A DNA stretch of 21,704 nucleotides from the IMG/VR virus record IMGVR_UViG_3300026762_000070, positions 1-21,704 of that record. The stretch is one strand, 5' to 3'. Position 1 is the first letter of the stretch, and each line of letters opens with the position of its first letter. The stretch comes from a virus. This document shows, piece after piece, positions 1 to 6,792 of the stretch. The position numbers were made by a program, and so were the translations under genes. The notes below the pieces were generated by a model. That model saw only the letters and a program-made list of their open reading frames with translations. It searched no databases and was not told the DNA's origin.

Positions 1-7
1 TCTCTCC

Positions 8-529
8 TTATAACAAAATATTCATATTCCCCTTTCTCTCTCCTTTTATCTTCTTTGCGTCAATCGTTTCTATCCCCTCTTCTTCTTTCAGATATTCTAG
101 CACTGCGTCACTGTCATCTACCACTATTACCTTATCTTGGTCATATTTTTCCCTGAGCCTCCTTACGACGTCCCTCTTAAACTCATGGTCTTTCCTGAAG
201 TCCTTCTCTCCCCTCAACATGACTTCGTTCGGCTCTATCCCTATCGCAGACAGCTGTTTTAGAGTGGCTTCGCGTTGTTTTTCTGAACGCCCACTGACTA
301 CTGCTATTACTTCTGGTTCTTTCTCCTCAATCAGCTGTTTCACGAACTCGATAACCTCCCATTTAGGCTTGTCCAAATTCATGAACCTCGGCGATTGATA
401 GCATTCCCAAAACACACGGTTGGGTGTCCAAGATAATGTTTTCTTGTCTCCTCTGGATATCTTCTCGCATTCGTACCACCTGGCAGAAGTATCGAAAAGC
501 GTGCCGTCCATATCCAAGACCAACATCAT
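8..529 (-). CDS. HAD-superfamily phosphatase resembling the T4 polynucleotide kinase 3'-phosphatase domain
   Basis: Motif I VLDMDGT, motif II VVSGR, R-x3-D-x-RKD-x3-K segment (LRGEKDFRKDHEFK; cf. T4 Pnkp QREQGDTRKDDVVK), motif IV VVDDS. ATGA overlap with the upstream gene and a GGTGGAGG SD-like site. Confidence 0.85.
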   Translation of the reverse strand: MMLVLDMDGTLFDTSARWYECEKISRGDKKTLSWTPNRVFWECYQSPRFMNLDKPKWEVIEFVKQLIEEKEPEVIAVVSGRSEKQREATLKQLSAIGIEPNEVMLRGEKDFRKDHEFKRDVVRRLREKYDQDKVIVVDDSDAVLEYLKEEEGIETIDAKKIKGERKGNMNILL

Positions 530-1131
530 TTTCCTCCACCTTCTTGTTTAAAACCTAGTATTGTTATTTCTCCATTCTCTTCTTTGAACTCTAGCTCCTT
601 AGCTTTCCCCTCGACATTATATACGAGCCACAATACTTCGGCACCGTTTTCGTCTTTTCCCCATTTTAGTTTGCTACATTTCCCATCAAATTTAGTATTA
701 AAGTAGTTTATCGCTTCCTGGTCGTTTTCTTCTTTTTGCAGTTTGTCTAACGTCGCTGGGTCAAACGGTTGGTCAAATAGGTAGATCTTCTTGTAGAGTT
801 TTAGGATCGGCTCACCGTCTTTCCATTCCAGGATAACATTGTTTTTCACGTCATCAAAAACGAAATATATCCCGAATTTGAACCCGTTAAGGTTTGAAGT
901 TGCCATTAGGTCGCGATGTTTCCTGATAAATTCGTTATCCACAACAGTAGAAATATTAATGGTGTTATGACCGTCAGATATGCTTATACATAATAAGTTT
1001 GCGTGGCTGACTTTGTCGGCTTTTACGTAGAAAGTGACGTATGTTACAGCAATGGTTGGTATAGTCGTGGGTATGTACCCGTGGACACGCACTATGAAAA
1101 ACTTATCTATGCTGATTGACGAGCTTACCAT
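526..1131 (-). CDS. Hypothetical protein, 201 aa, beta-rich
   Basis: Long ORF, TTTTTAAA box 24 nt upstream (1155-1162), stop overlaps the HAD gene start. Confidence 0.8.
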   Translation of the reverse strand: MVSSSISIDKFFIVRVHGYIPTTIPTIAVTYVTFYVKADKVSHANLLCISISDGHNTINISTVVDNEFIRKHRDLMATSNLNGFKFGIYFVFDDVKNNVILEWKDGEPILKLYKKIYLFDQPFDPATLDKLQKEENDQEAINYFNTKFDGKCSKLKWGKDENGAEVLWLVYNVEGKAKELEFKEENGEITILGFKQEGGGK

Positions 1132-1175
1132 GCTAAATACTTCACGCGATATTCTTTAAAAAAGCCGAGTTAGTT

Positions 1176-1193
1176 CTCAAACATATGTTTAAG
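1176..1193. promoter_or_regulatory. Palindromic site 1 (CTCAAACATATGTTTAAG) centred between divergent TATA boxes
   Basis: 22-bp inverted repeat at 1174-1195 with one mismatched pair. The 18-mer lies exactly 13 bp from TTTTTAAA on each side (1155-1162 on minus; 1207-1214 on plus). Confidence 0.8.
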
Positions 1194-1237
1194 AAACAAT
1201 TCGTTATTTTTAAACCTTTTTGTGACAAGTTAAAGAT

Positions 1238-1519
1238 ATGAAACCCGAGTGTAAAGTTCTTTTAAAGGCATTCGAGAGCGTTTCTTCATATAAATATGAT
1301 GAAGATTTTCCTGAAATGCTATCATATATGTACCTTTTGTTAAAGGGGTACTGGAGAGTAAACGATGACGGAGAGACCGAAGAAGTAAAAGCACCACCGT
1401 TCACTACTATATCCCTGCTAAATGCCATGAGGTCAATAGTGGAAAAAGTTAGGGACGGCACCACAATCGAAGAAATCGTAAACGAAAAGGAACTGTGCGG
1501 AGATGTTGAGGAGGTATGA
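1238..1519 (+). CDS. Hypothetical protein, 93 aa
   Basis: TTTTTAAA at 1207-1214, 24 nt before the ATG; ATGA overlap with the next gene. Confidence 0.78.
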   Translation: MKPECKVLLKAFESVSSYKYDEDFPEMLSYMYLLLKGYWRVNDDGETEEVKAPPFTTISLLNAMRSIVEKVRDGTTIEEIVNEKELCGDVEEV

Positions 1520-1932
1520 CAGCAACAAATTCAACCGTAATAAATGCGTTACCACCCTTTTTCTATACTCAGGTCTTTCTTATTGACGTCGCTGGTGGAT
1601 TCATAATAATGACAATAATTGAGCTGTTTCTGCTAAGAAACAGTAGCCTGACCCATCTACGACTTGCTTTGCCGTTTCTAACATTTTCGATAGGTTTTAC
1701 TCTTATATCGTTATATCTTTCTCCCTACATAACGTATAACCCAGTATACACTACACCGTTCAACGTGACGTACAGGATCACGCCCTATAGCACCGATGGT
1801 GCTGTACTCCTATACATCAGTATCGCAGTCCTTGCCATGGCTATAGCGTACTTTATTTACGCGTTTGCGGTCGACGTGTTGCACCTTTCCTTTGGCAGTA
1901 GTAGTAAAGATGATGGTTATTTCATACCTTAA
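1516..1932 (+). CDS. Membrane protein, ~3 TM helices, 138 aa
   Basis: Three hydrophobic stretches; N-x-S/T sequons (NST, NSS, NVT); translationally coupled to its neighbours. Confidence 0.8.
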   Translation: MTATNSTVINALPPFFYTQVFLIDVAGGFIIMTIIELFLLRNSSLTHLRLALPFLTFSIGFTLISLYLSPYITYNPVYTTPFNVTYRITPYSTDGAVLLYISIAVLAMAIAYFIYAFAVDVLHLSFGSSSKDDGYFIP

Positions 1933-1934
1933 GG

Positions 1935-2525
1935 GTGATGCCCATGTTATTGTTCAAGAAAAAAGCGTTGCCAAGCGTCTATAAGAACTACGACGCATTA
2001 TTATTTTTGCCTCCAGCCTTAGTCAAAATTGATAAAAAAACAAGGATAATAGAAAAAAACGGTGTACATGTTGCTATAATGTATTCTGAAACTAACGGTA
2101 TTTCCGTCATGTTAGATTTGCCGATTGATTTTCTGAAATTATACTATAAGATGACTACACAAGTAAACCAGGGGAACCCCAGTGACAGGATAGTCTATTT
2201 TGCAATAGTTTACATTTCTCCGCAAGCGTATGCAATAAAAAGGGCAAAAGTACAAAAAATGAATGCGAATACTAAAAAGAAGTTTTTCATTTTCCCAAGG
2301 TGGGTTTGGCTCAACCTAGAACGTTATAACGGTGCGTCGAATTATTTCGCCATAAATAAATTTGGAGACGAAGACCCTGCAAACTTCTCCTCAAAGGAAT
2401 TTGATACATTCGGTGCCGTTGGGGTTACCTATAATAATTACTTTATTTTCGCCAGTGTTGCGAGGAAGGAGTACGTAGCTTCTATTAATAAACAAATATC
2501 CCTCGGTCTGGGGTTGGGGTTATAA
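1935..2525 (+). CDS. Hypothetical basic protein, ~196 aa (start may be GTG 1935, ATG 1938 or ATG 1944)
   Basis: Long ORF 2 nt after the previous stop; TAATG overlap with the next gene. Confidence 0.78.
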   Translation: MMPMLLFKKKALPSVYKNYDALLFLPPALVKIDKKTRIIEKNGVHVAIMYSETNGISVMLDLPIDFLKLYYKMTTQVNQGNPSDRIVYFAIVYISPQAYAIKRAKVQKMNANTKKKFFIFPRWVWLNLERYNGASNYFAINKFGDEDPANFSSKEFDTFGAVGVTYNNYFIFASVARKEYVASINKQISLGLGLGL

Positions 2526-3049
2526 TGTCTCTCACATATTTACAATCACTCGTTGGGAAAAATGTGGTATTATTCAACTATCTACGTAATGTATTCAAAA
2601 ATAAAATATACAAAATAGCCGAAAATGGGAATGAATACACTCTTTATATTGATATGGGGATACCTAGCAGGTTACAGCACAGGGTAGCACACCCCGGCAT
2701 TTACTTTATCACAGACGTAATGATACAGGGTACTAACTATGTAATTTATCTGAAAAAGCAGGTCGACCTAAAGAAGTTTGCACTAGTAAGCTCGACAACA
2801 ACTTCTGAATATTACGTATCTTCGTACCGTAAAACGCAGTATAAAACCGATGGAGGGTACATATTCGACGCTTTAGAATTCGATATAGGTGGGTTTAAGC
2901 ACCTTACGTTTAACTATAATAAGTGTATTATAGCGAAAGTGAAAAAGAGTGGTTATAGGCGTATTGCGGTATGCTTAGGTGATAGTGTCCTTATACAGGA
3001 TATAAACAATATTACGTGCAGTGGCTGTGATTGGTTTACGGTTGAGTAG
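2525..3049 (+). CDS. Hypothetical protein, 174 aa, beta-rich, Cys near C-terminus
   Basis: Long ORF coupled by TAATG overlap. Confidence 0.78.
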   Translation: MSLTYLQSLVGKNVVLFNYLRNVFKNKIYKIAENGNEYTLYIDMGIPSRLQHRVAHPGIYFITDVMIQGTNYVIYLKKQVDLKKFALVSSTTTSEYYVSSYRKTQYKTDGGYIFDALEFDIGGFKHLTFNYNKCIIAKVKKSGYRRIAVCLGDSVLIQDINNITCSGCDWFTVE

Positions 3050-3060
3050 GGTGATGGACA

Positions 3061-3717
3061 ATGGTATATAGTAAAAAAGAAAACGAAGTCCCTACTCCTG
3101 AACAGTTTCAGTTCCTGGTCTACAAAGAGGTATGTATGGATAACAATAGTATGATATATCCTACTTTAGCTATAGAGAGGCTGAACACTGTAATGCTTAC
3201 CTATTACAGCGACGAGATAGAAGAGCTATGGAGGGAATTAGTTCTCAAAAAATATGAGAACGCGACGTCTGAGGACGAACTAAGGCAGATATTGAAAATC
3301 GGTTGCGATATAATGTTCATCGTAATGAATGCGTCTGGTGACGATGTTAAGCCGTTGGTAACGAAAATACTAAACGGCACAAGGAAAAAACATCTGTTTT
3401 ATGTTAACGAGGAGGCACTTGTGACTGAAAGTTCGTATCTCATAGACGTACTGACAAAATTCGTTAACCCCAACGGGTTTGACGTACTCACCGTGTTGAG
3501 CATACTAAAGGACGTACAAATTAGGACAGCTACTATGATTAGCAGTATTAAAGGTACGTCGTTATATCAGACACTTGTCAGCGAATTAGGAATAGATGAG
3601 AATGTCATTGAGAAAAAATGCACGGCGAAGTACTATAGAGAATGTGTAACAGAGAAGAAAACACAGTTATTAAAAGCATTGCAGTTCATCAGGATGAATA
3701 TAAATATCCCACGTTAA
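3061..3717 (+). CDS. Hypothetical alpha-helical protein, 218 aa
   Basis: Long ORF with GGGTGA SD-like site upstream; last gene of the 1238-3717 operon. Confidence 0.8.
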   Translation: MVYSKKENEVPTPEQFQFLVYKEVCMDNNSMIYPTLAIERLNTVMLTYYSDEIEELWRELVLKKYENATSEDELRQILKIGCDIMFIVMNASGDDVKPLVTKILNGTRKKHLFYVNEEALVTESSYLIDVLTKFVNPNGFDVLTVLSILKDVQIRTATMISSIKGTSLYQTLVSELGIDENVIEKKCTAKYYRECVTEKKTQLLKALQFIRMNINIPR

Positions 3718-3730
3718 AAAAGAATTTACC

Positions 3731-3976
3731 TTACATTGTGTTTTTGTTTAGTTTTTTGAGTAGTCTGTCTAAAAGACGTTTATCCACCATTAAGATGTCT
3801 GCAATGTCATCAATATATTCGTTCGCAATGTCCTCTAAATCAGTACGATCAAGTTCCACATCATCAACGTCAACGTCAACGTAATCTTTGTAGTCGTCAC
3901 ATATGATCCCTTCTAGTTTATCGCAATAACAATTGTCCTCTAATCTAGTATATTTTATGAACACTGGTACTTTCAT
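3731..3976 (-). CDS. Small acidic protein, 81 aa (22 Asp/Glu)
   Basis: Strong GAGGTGA SD-like site; ATG directly follows the upstream stop. Confidence 0.78.
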   Translation of the reverse strand: MKVPVFIKYTRLEDNCYCDKLEGIICDDYKDYVDVDVDDVELDRTDLEDIANEYIDDIADILMVDKRLLDRLLKKLNKNTM

Positions 3977-4249
3977 TTAGCTCACCTCTGCGACTACGAG
4001 CTTGTCACCTTCTAATCTTGCCTTTATTGTGAACGTCGGCTCATTCTCACCATATACCTTAATCAGTAGTGTGCTGTCGTCAATGATGAAGTAGTCATAC
4101 TTGTCCCATGTCCTCATGTGATCGTTTAGGAATGATTCTATTAGTTGTTCGATAACATCCCAGTCTAGCTTTAGCAGGCTTCTATTAGAATTGAAAATAC
4201 TTCCCCATCCTTCTTGGTCTTGTGAAAATTCTTGAGACATGTTGCTCAC
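3977..4249 (-). CDS. Small acidic protein, ~87-90 aa (GTG 4249 or ATG 4240)
   Basis: TTTATATA box at 4272-4279 (minus strand) with a palindrome immediately upstream; coupled to the 81-aa gene. Confidence 0.8.
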   Translation of the reverse strand: MSNMSQEFSQDQEGWGSIFNSNRSLLKLDWDVIEQLIESFLNDHMRTWDKYDYFIIDDSTLLIKVYGENEPTFTIKARLEGDKLVVAEVS

Positions 4250-4280
4250 ACTATAATACTATCAAAACTAGTATATAAAC

Positions 4281-4298
4281 CTCAAACAGCTGTTTGTG
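4281..4298. promoter_or_regulatory. Palindromic site 2 (CTCAAACAGCTGTTTGTG), abutting the TATA box of the 3977-4249 gene
   Basis: Core AAACAGCTGTTT is a perfect palindrome; intergenic; lies over the expected BRE position. Confidence 0.75.
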
Positions 4299-4322
4299 AG
4301 AGCGGAATACGGGTTCCACTCC

Positions 4323-4988
4323 TTAACCTCCATTTAAAACTACGGAGAAGATCGTAGTGTTTTGTGCATATATAACTAGAGTATTATCGCATATGTACGA
4401 TTTTACTTCCCCACCGTCATGTACTACTATTATGCTTCCGTGTATCGGGTAGTATAATGTCTGTTCTATCAGTGCTGTCCCGTTTATCGTGATTTTTCCT
4501 TTTTGCACTGTCACATTCCCGTTATATAGTATCTGCCAACCGTATTCCGATATCCCATACGATGAGTTGTATATTACAGTAAAACTAGGATTTACGATCG
4601 GATATATCGTACCTGCAGGGGCAAACCCGCTTATAGATAAGACAGCAGTTTGAGTACTGTACAGGTAGAATGTAATTACATATGGTGAGTTTTGCGAAAT
4701 GGCAACAGTAGGATCAGGTGCCGTAACGTTTACTATAACATATTCGTGCGGTTTTAGGATTATTATGTTTGGGTACCAACGATGACTGTTAATCACCGGC
4801 ACCAATACATATGTTTTATTGGTAGGGTTTTGTATGCATATCGTTATCACGTTATACTTGTTTATTTCTCCTATATCGTAAAAATCCAATACTTTTGCGT
4901 GCAGTTGCGGGTGATAGAAAAAAATGGAAAACGTGAAAAGAGATGGTATTATAACTGCTAACATTAGTACGATTTCAAACTTTTGCAT
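4323..4988 (-). CDS. Membrane-anchored beta-sandwich-like protein with N-glycosylation sequons, ~221 aa
   Basis: Likely start ATG 4988 (GGTGG SD-like site upstream; overlaps the glycosyltransferase stop by 14 nt). N-terminal TM segment followed by a Tyr/Ile/Val/Asn-rich domain with sequons NKT, NVT, NSS, NGT, NTT. Confidence 0.75.
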   Translation of the reverse strand: MQKFEIVLMLAVIIPSLFTFSIFFYHPQLHAKVLDFYDIGEINKYNVITICIQNPTNKTYVLVPVINSHRWYPNIIILKPHEYVIVNVTAPDPTVAISQNSPYVITFYLYSTQTAVLSISGFAPAGTIYPIVNPSFTVIYNSSYGISEYGWQILYNGNVTVQKGKITINGTALIEQTLYYPIHGSIIVVHDGGEVKSYICDNTLVIYAQNTTIFSVVLNGG

Positions 4989-6027
4989 CTTCTGCCACCA
5001 TCCATTCTGCATATTGTAACGCAAAATAAAATGTAAAATACGCTAAATCTCTAAAAGAGAATATCCATATCAACGCTGGGAGACCCCAAGCTAATTCTTT
5101 CTTATTATTATATAGTAGGATTAATGCGAAAAGAGACACCTCAAGTACGGTATACACGAATGAGGGGATAGGTAAACCGAAGGCTGTAAGGAGTGAAAAC
5201 GAAACGCCCTGTTGTGCAACCGGTTGTGTAATAGTTATAACGGACGCAAGGTACTGCTTTGAAATGAAGGGTATTGATGAGAGCAGTAGTGGTAGCACAA
5301 ATTCTGCTATCTTTCTAAGTTTCTGTCTTTCAAATTTAACTAGGAGAATAGCTATCAATATCGCAAACTGCTTTACGTCTGCAGAGATCCCTAGGAGCAA
5401 GTATCTTAACCTCTCATTAAATATCGCAAGGAACGCGATAGAATATGCGAGAAGGTTCAGTTCTTGCCCTGTCGCAAAGTCATACGAAAGTGCAGGAAAT
5501 AGGAAAAAAGATGCGATGAAGACGTTTTCACGTCTTTTGAGGAAGGAATACGTAAAAGCTAAAACAGCTGTTATTACGTCTACTGTTTCAAGGTTATGAA
5601 AAACTGCAACGGCAATGAACGATAATGGTGGGTAAATATAGACTGACGGCAAAAATGAGTTTGACGTAGTGCCTGTCACAACGTTGTACGGGACGTGATA
5701 TATTGAAAATGCTTTAGCCATTGAGTAAAGGTACGGGTTTTTCCCGTCTAGGAATAAGTGTGACGCGTATAATATTATTGCTTCTTCATCCGTTAGTATA
5801 GGTAACCCTGTCATTATATTCGCTACAGCTGTAATAGTCGCAATAGCAAAAGCTGAAGTGATGAGTATTCTTTGCCTTACGAAGATAGAGAGCATACCTA
5901 AAGCAACAACGAGGAATGCGGTAGGCAGTAAATACGGTTTTCCGTCACCTAAAAACGCTGATCCCATGCTAACTAAACCTAGCCCTGCCAAAAACCATGA
6001 TATATTATCTTTCAATTTTTCTTCCAT
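4975..6027 (-). CDS. Polytopic GT-C-fold glycosyltransferase (GT87/DUF2029-like)
   Basis: About 10 TM segments. First large loop carries TDE...LFLDGKNPY and YIYPPL, the acidic / GxNPY / YxYPP signature of GT87-like enzymes; later KQF motif. Confidence 0.72.
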   Translation of the reverse strand: MEEKLKDNISWFLAGLGLVSMGSAFLGDGKPYLLPTAFLVVALGMLSIFVRQRILITSAFAIATITAVANIMTGLPILTDEEAIILYASHLFLDGKNPYLYSMAKAFSIYHVPYNVVTGTTSNSFLPSVYIYPPLSFIAVAVFHNLETVDVITAVLAFTYSFLKRRENVFIASFFLFPALSYDFATGQELNLLAYSIAFLAIFNERLRYLLLGISADVKQFAILIAILLVKFERQKLRKIAEFVLPLLLSSIPFISKQYLASVITITQPVAQQGVSFSLLTAFGLPIPSFVYTVLEVSLFALILLYNNKKELAWGLPALIWIFSFRDLAYFTFYFALQYAEWMVAEDAKV

Positions 6028-6039
6028 AACCGACCCCTG

Positions 6040-6696
6040 CTATAACCTATCTGTACTTATAGGAGTAATACCTAACGTCTGTGCTATTTCTAGTGGAGAT
6101 AACATTTCTACTCTCATTTTCGATGTGCTTACTCCTGCAACTTCCATGATACTCCTTTCAAACGATAACAAAAGTAATATCACTAGTTTATGTGCCTCAT
6201 TAAGCTTAGCTATTATATCATCATAATTCGCATCGCTTGATATCAAACTACGAAGCTCTGAAAACTTTTCAGACAATTCGTCAACGGCAAGACTTGAAAA
6301 CCTATCCGTCAAAATCGATAATAAGATCTGGAAATTCTCATCTACGTTATATGGAGTGCCGTAGAACTGTAAAGACCCGCTCTTAAGGTCTTTCGTTAGA
6401 ATTAGGACGTAATTGTTTATGATTTCTTGAATAGTTGTTACTTTGATGGCTTCCTTCTGTGTCACTTGCCTTGTCGGTATTATTGCCTTTTCCCTGATTG
6501 CCTGCCTGACCAGGTTTGGGTCAACTTTTACAATATTTCTCCTTCCAAGTGGAGATAACTGGGGTTGTTGTTGGGTTTGTTGTATTTGTGGAAATAGTGG
6601 CGTTGGTGGTGCAGGCGATGTCGGGGTTCCAGGTATTTCATAAGTGGGTTCCTGTTGCTGTTGTTGTTTTTTATTATTGGAGTTATTTAGGCTCAT
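6040..6696 (-). CDS. Hypothetical protein with Gln/Pro-rich disordered N-terminus and helical C-terminal domain, ~218 aa
   Basis: TTTTTAAA at 6720-6727 is 24 nt from ATG 6696, so the ORF-track start at 6720 is probably too long. Poly-Q and PTSPAPPTP segments. Confidence 0.78.
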   Translation of the reverse strand: MSLNNSNNKKQQQQQEPTYEIPGTPTSPAPPTPLFPQIQQTQQQPQLSPLGRRNIVKVDPNLVRQAIREKAIIPTRQVTQKEAIKVTTIQEIINNYVLILTKDLKSGSLQFYGTPYNVDENFQILLSILTDRFSSLAVDELSEKFSELRSLISSDANYDDIIAKLNEAHKLVILLLLSFERSIMEVAGVSTSKMRVEMLSPLEIAQTLGITPISTDRL

Positions 6697-6740
6697 AATA
6701 ATTTCTTGTACAGAAGTCATTTAAAAAGCGGGTTTTTAGG

Positions 6741-6758
6741 CTCAAACAGATGTTTGAG
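6741..6758. promoter_or_regulatory. Palindromic site 3 (CTCAAACAGATGTTTGAG) in the divergent promoter of the MoxR gene and the 6040-6696 gene
   Basis: 8-bp perfect arms; 13 bp from the minus-strand TATA (6720-6727) and 5 bp from the plus-strand TATA (6764-6771). Confidence 0.8.
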
Positions 6759-6792
6759 GAAAATTTTTAAGCTTCAGACGCTAGATGTTTTT

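Noticed and set aside
1182-1187. CANNTG (E-box-like; NdeI/PvuII sites) at the centre of the palindrome
   Set aside because: bHLH factors are not known in archaea, and the conserved arms extend well beyond 6 bp, so the resemblance is probably coincidental.
4186-4196. TAGAATTGAAA, resembling the 3' end of Sulfolobales CRISPR repeats
   Set aside because: Single 11-bp match inside a coding region, with no second repeat, spacer or leader. Not a mini-array.
4299-4320. Possible 8-bp RNA hairpin (GAGUGGAA/UUCCGCUC, one G-U pair) after the 4323 stop on the minus strand
   Set aside because: Weak stem with no following U-tract; could be chance, so not called as a terminator.
4979-4990. Programmed frameshift joining the glycosyltransferase to the downstream ORF
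   Set aside because: No canonical X XXY YYZ slippery heptamer, and an SD-like site precedes the downstream ATG, so translational coupling is the simpler explanation.
6706-6792. N-terminal extension of the MoxR ORF in the ORF track
   Set aside because: It spans the divergent promoter, the palindrome and a TATA; ATG 6793 fits the promoter spacing.
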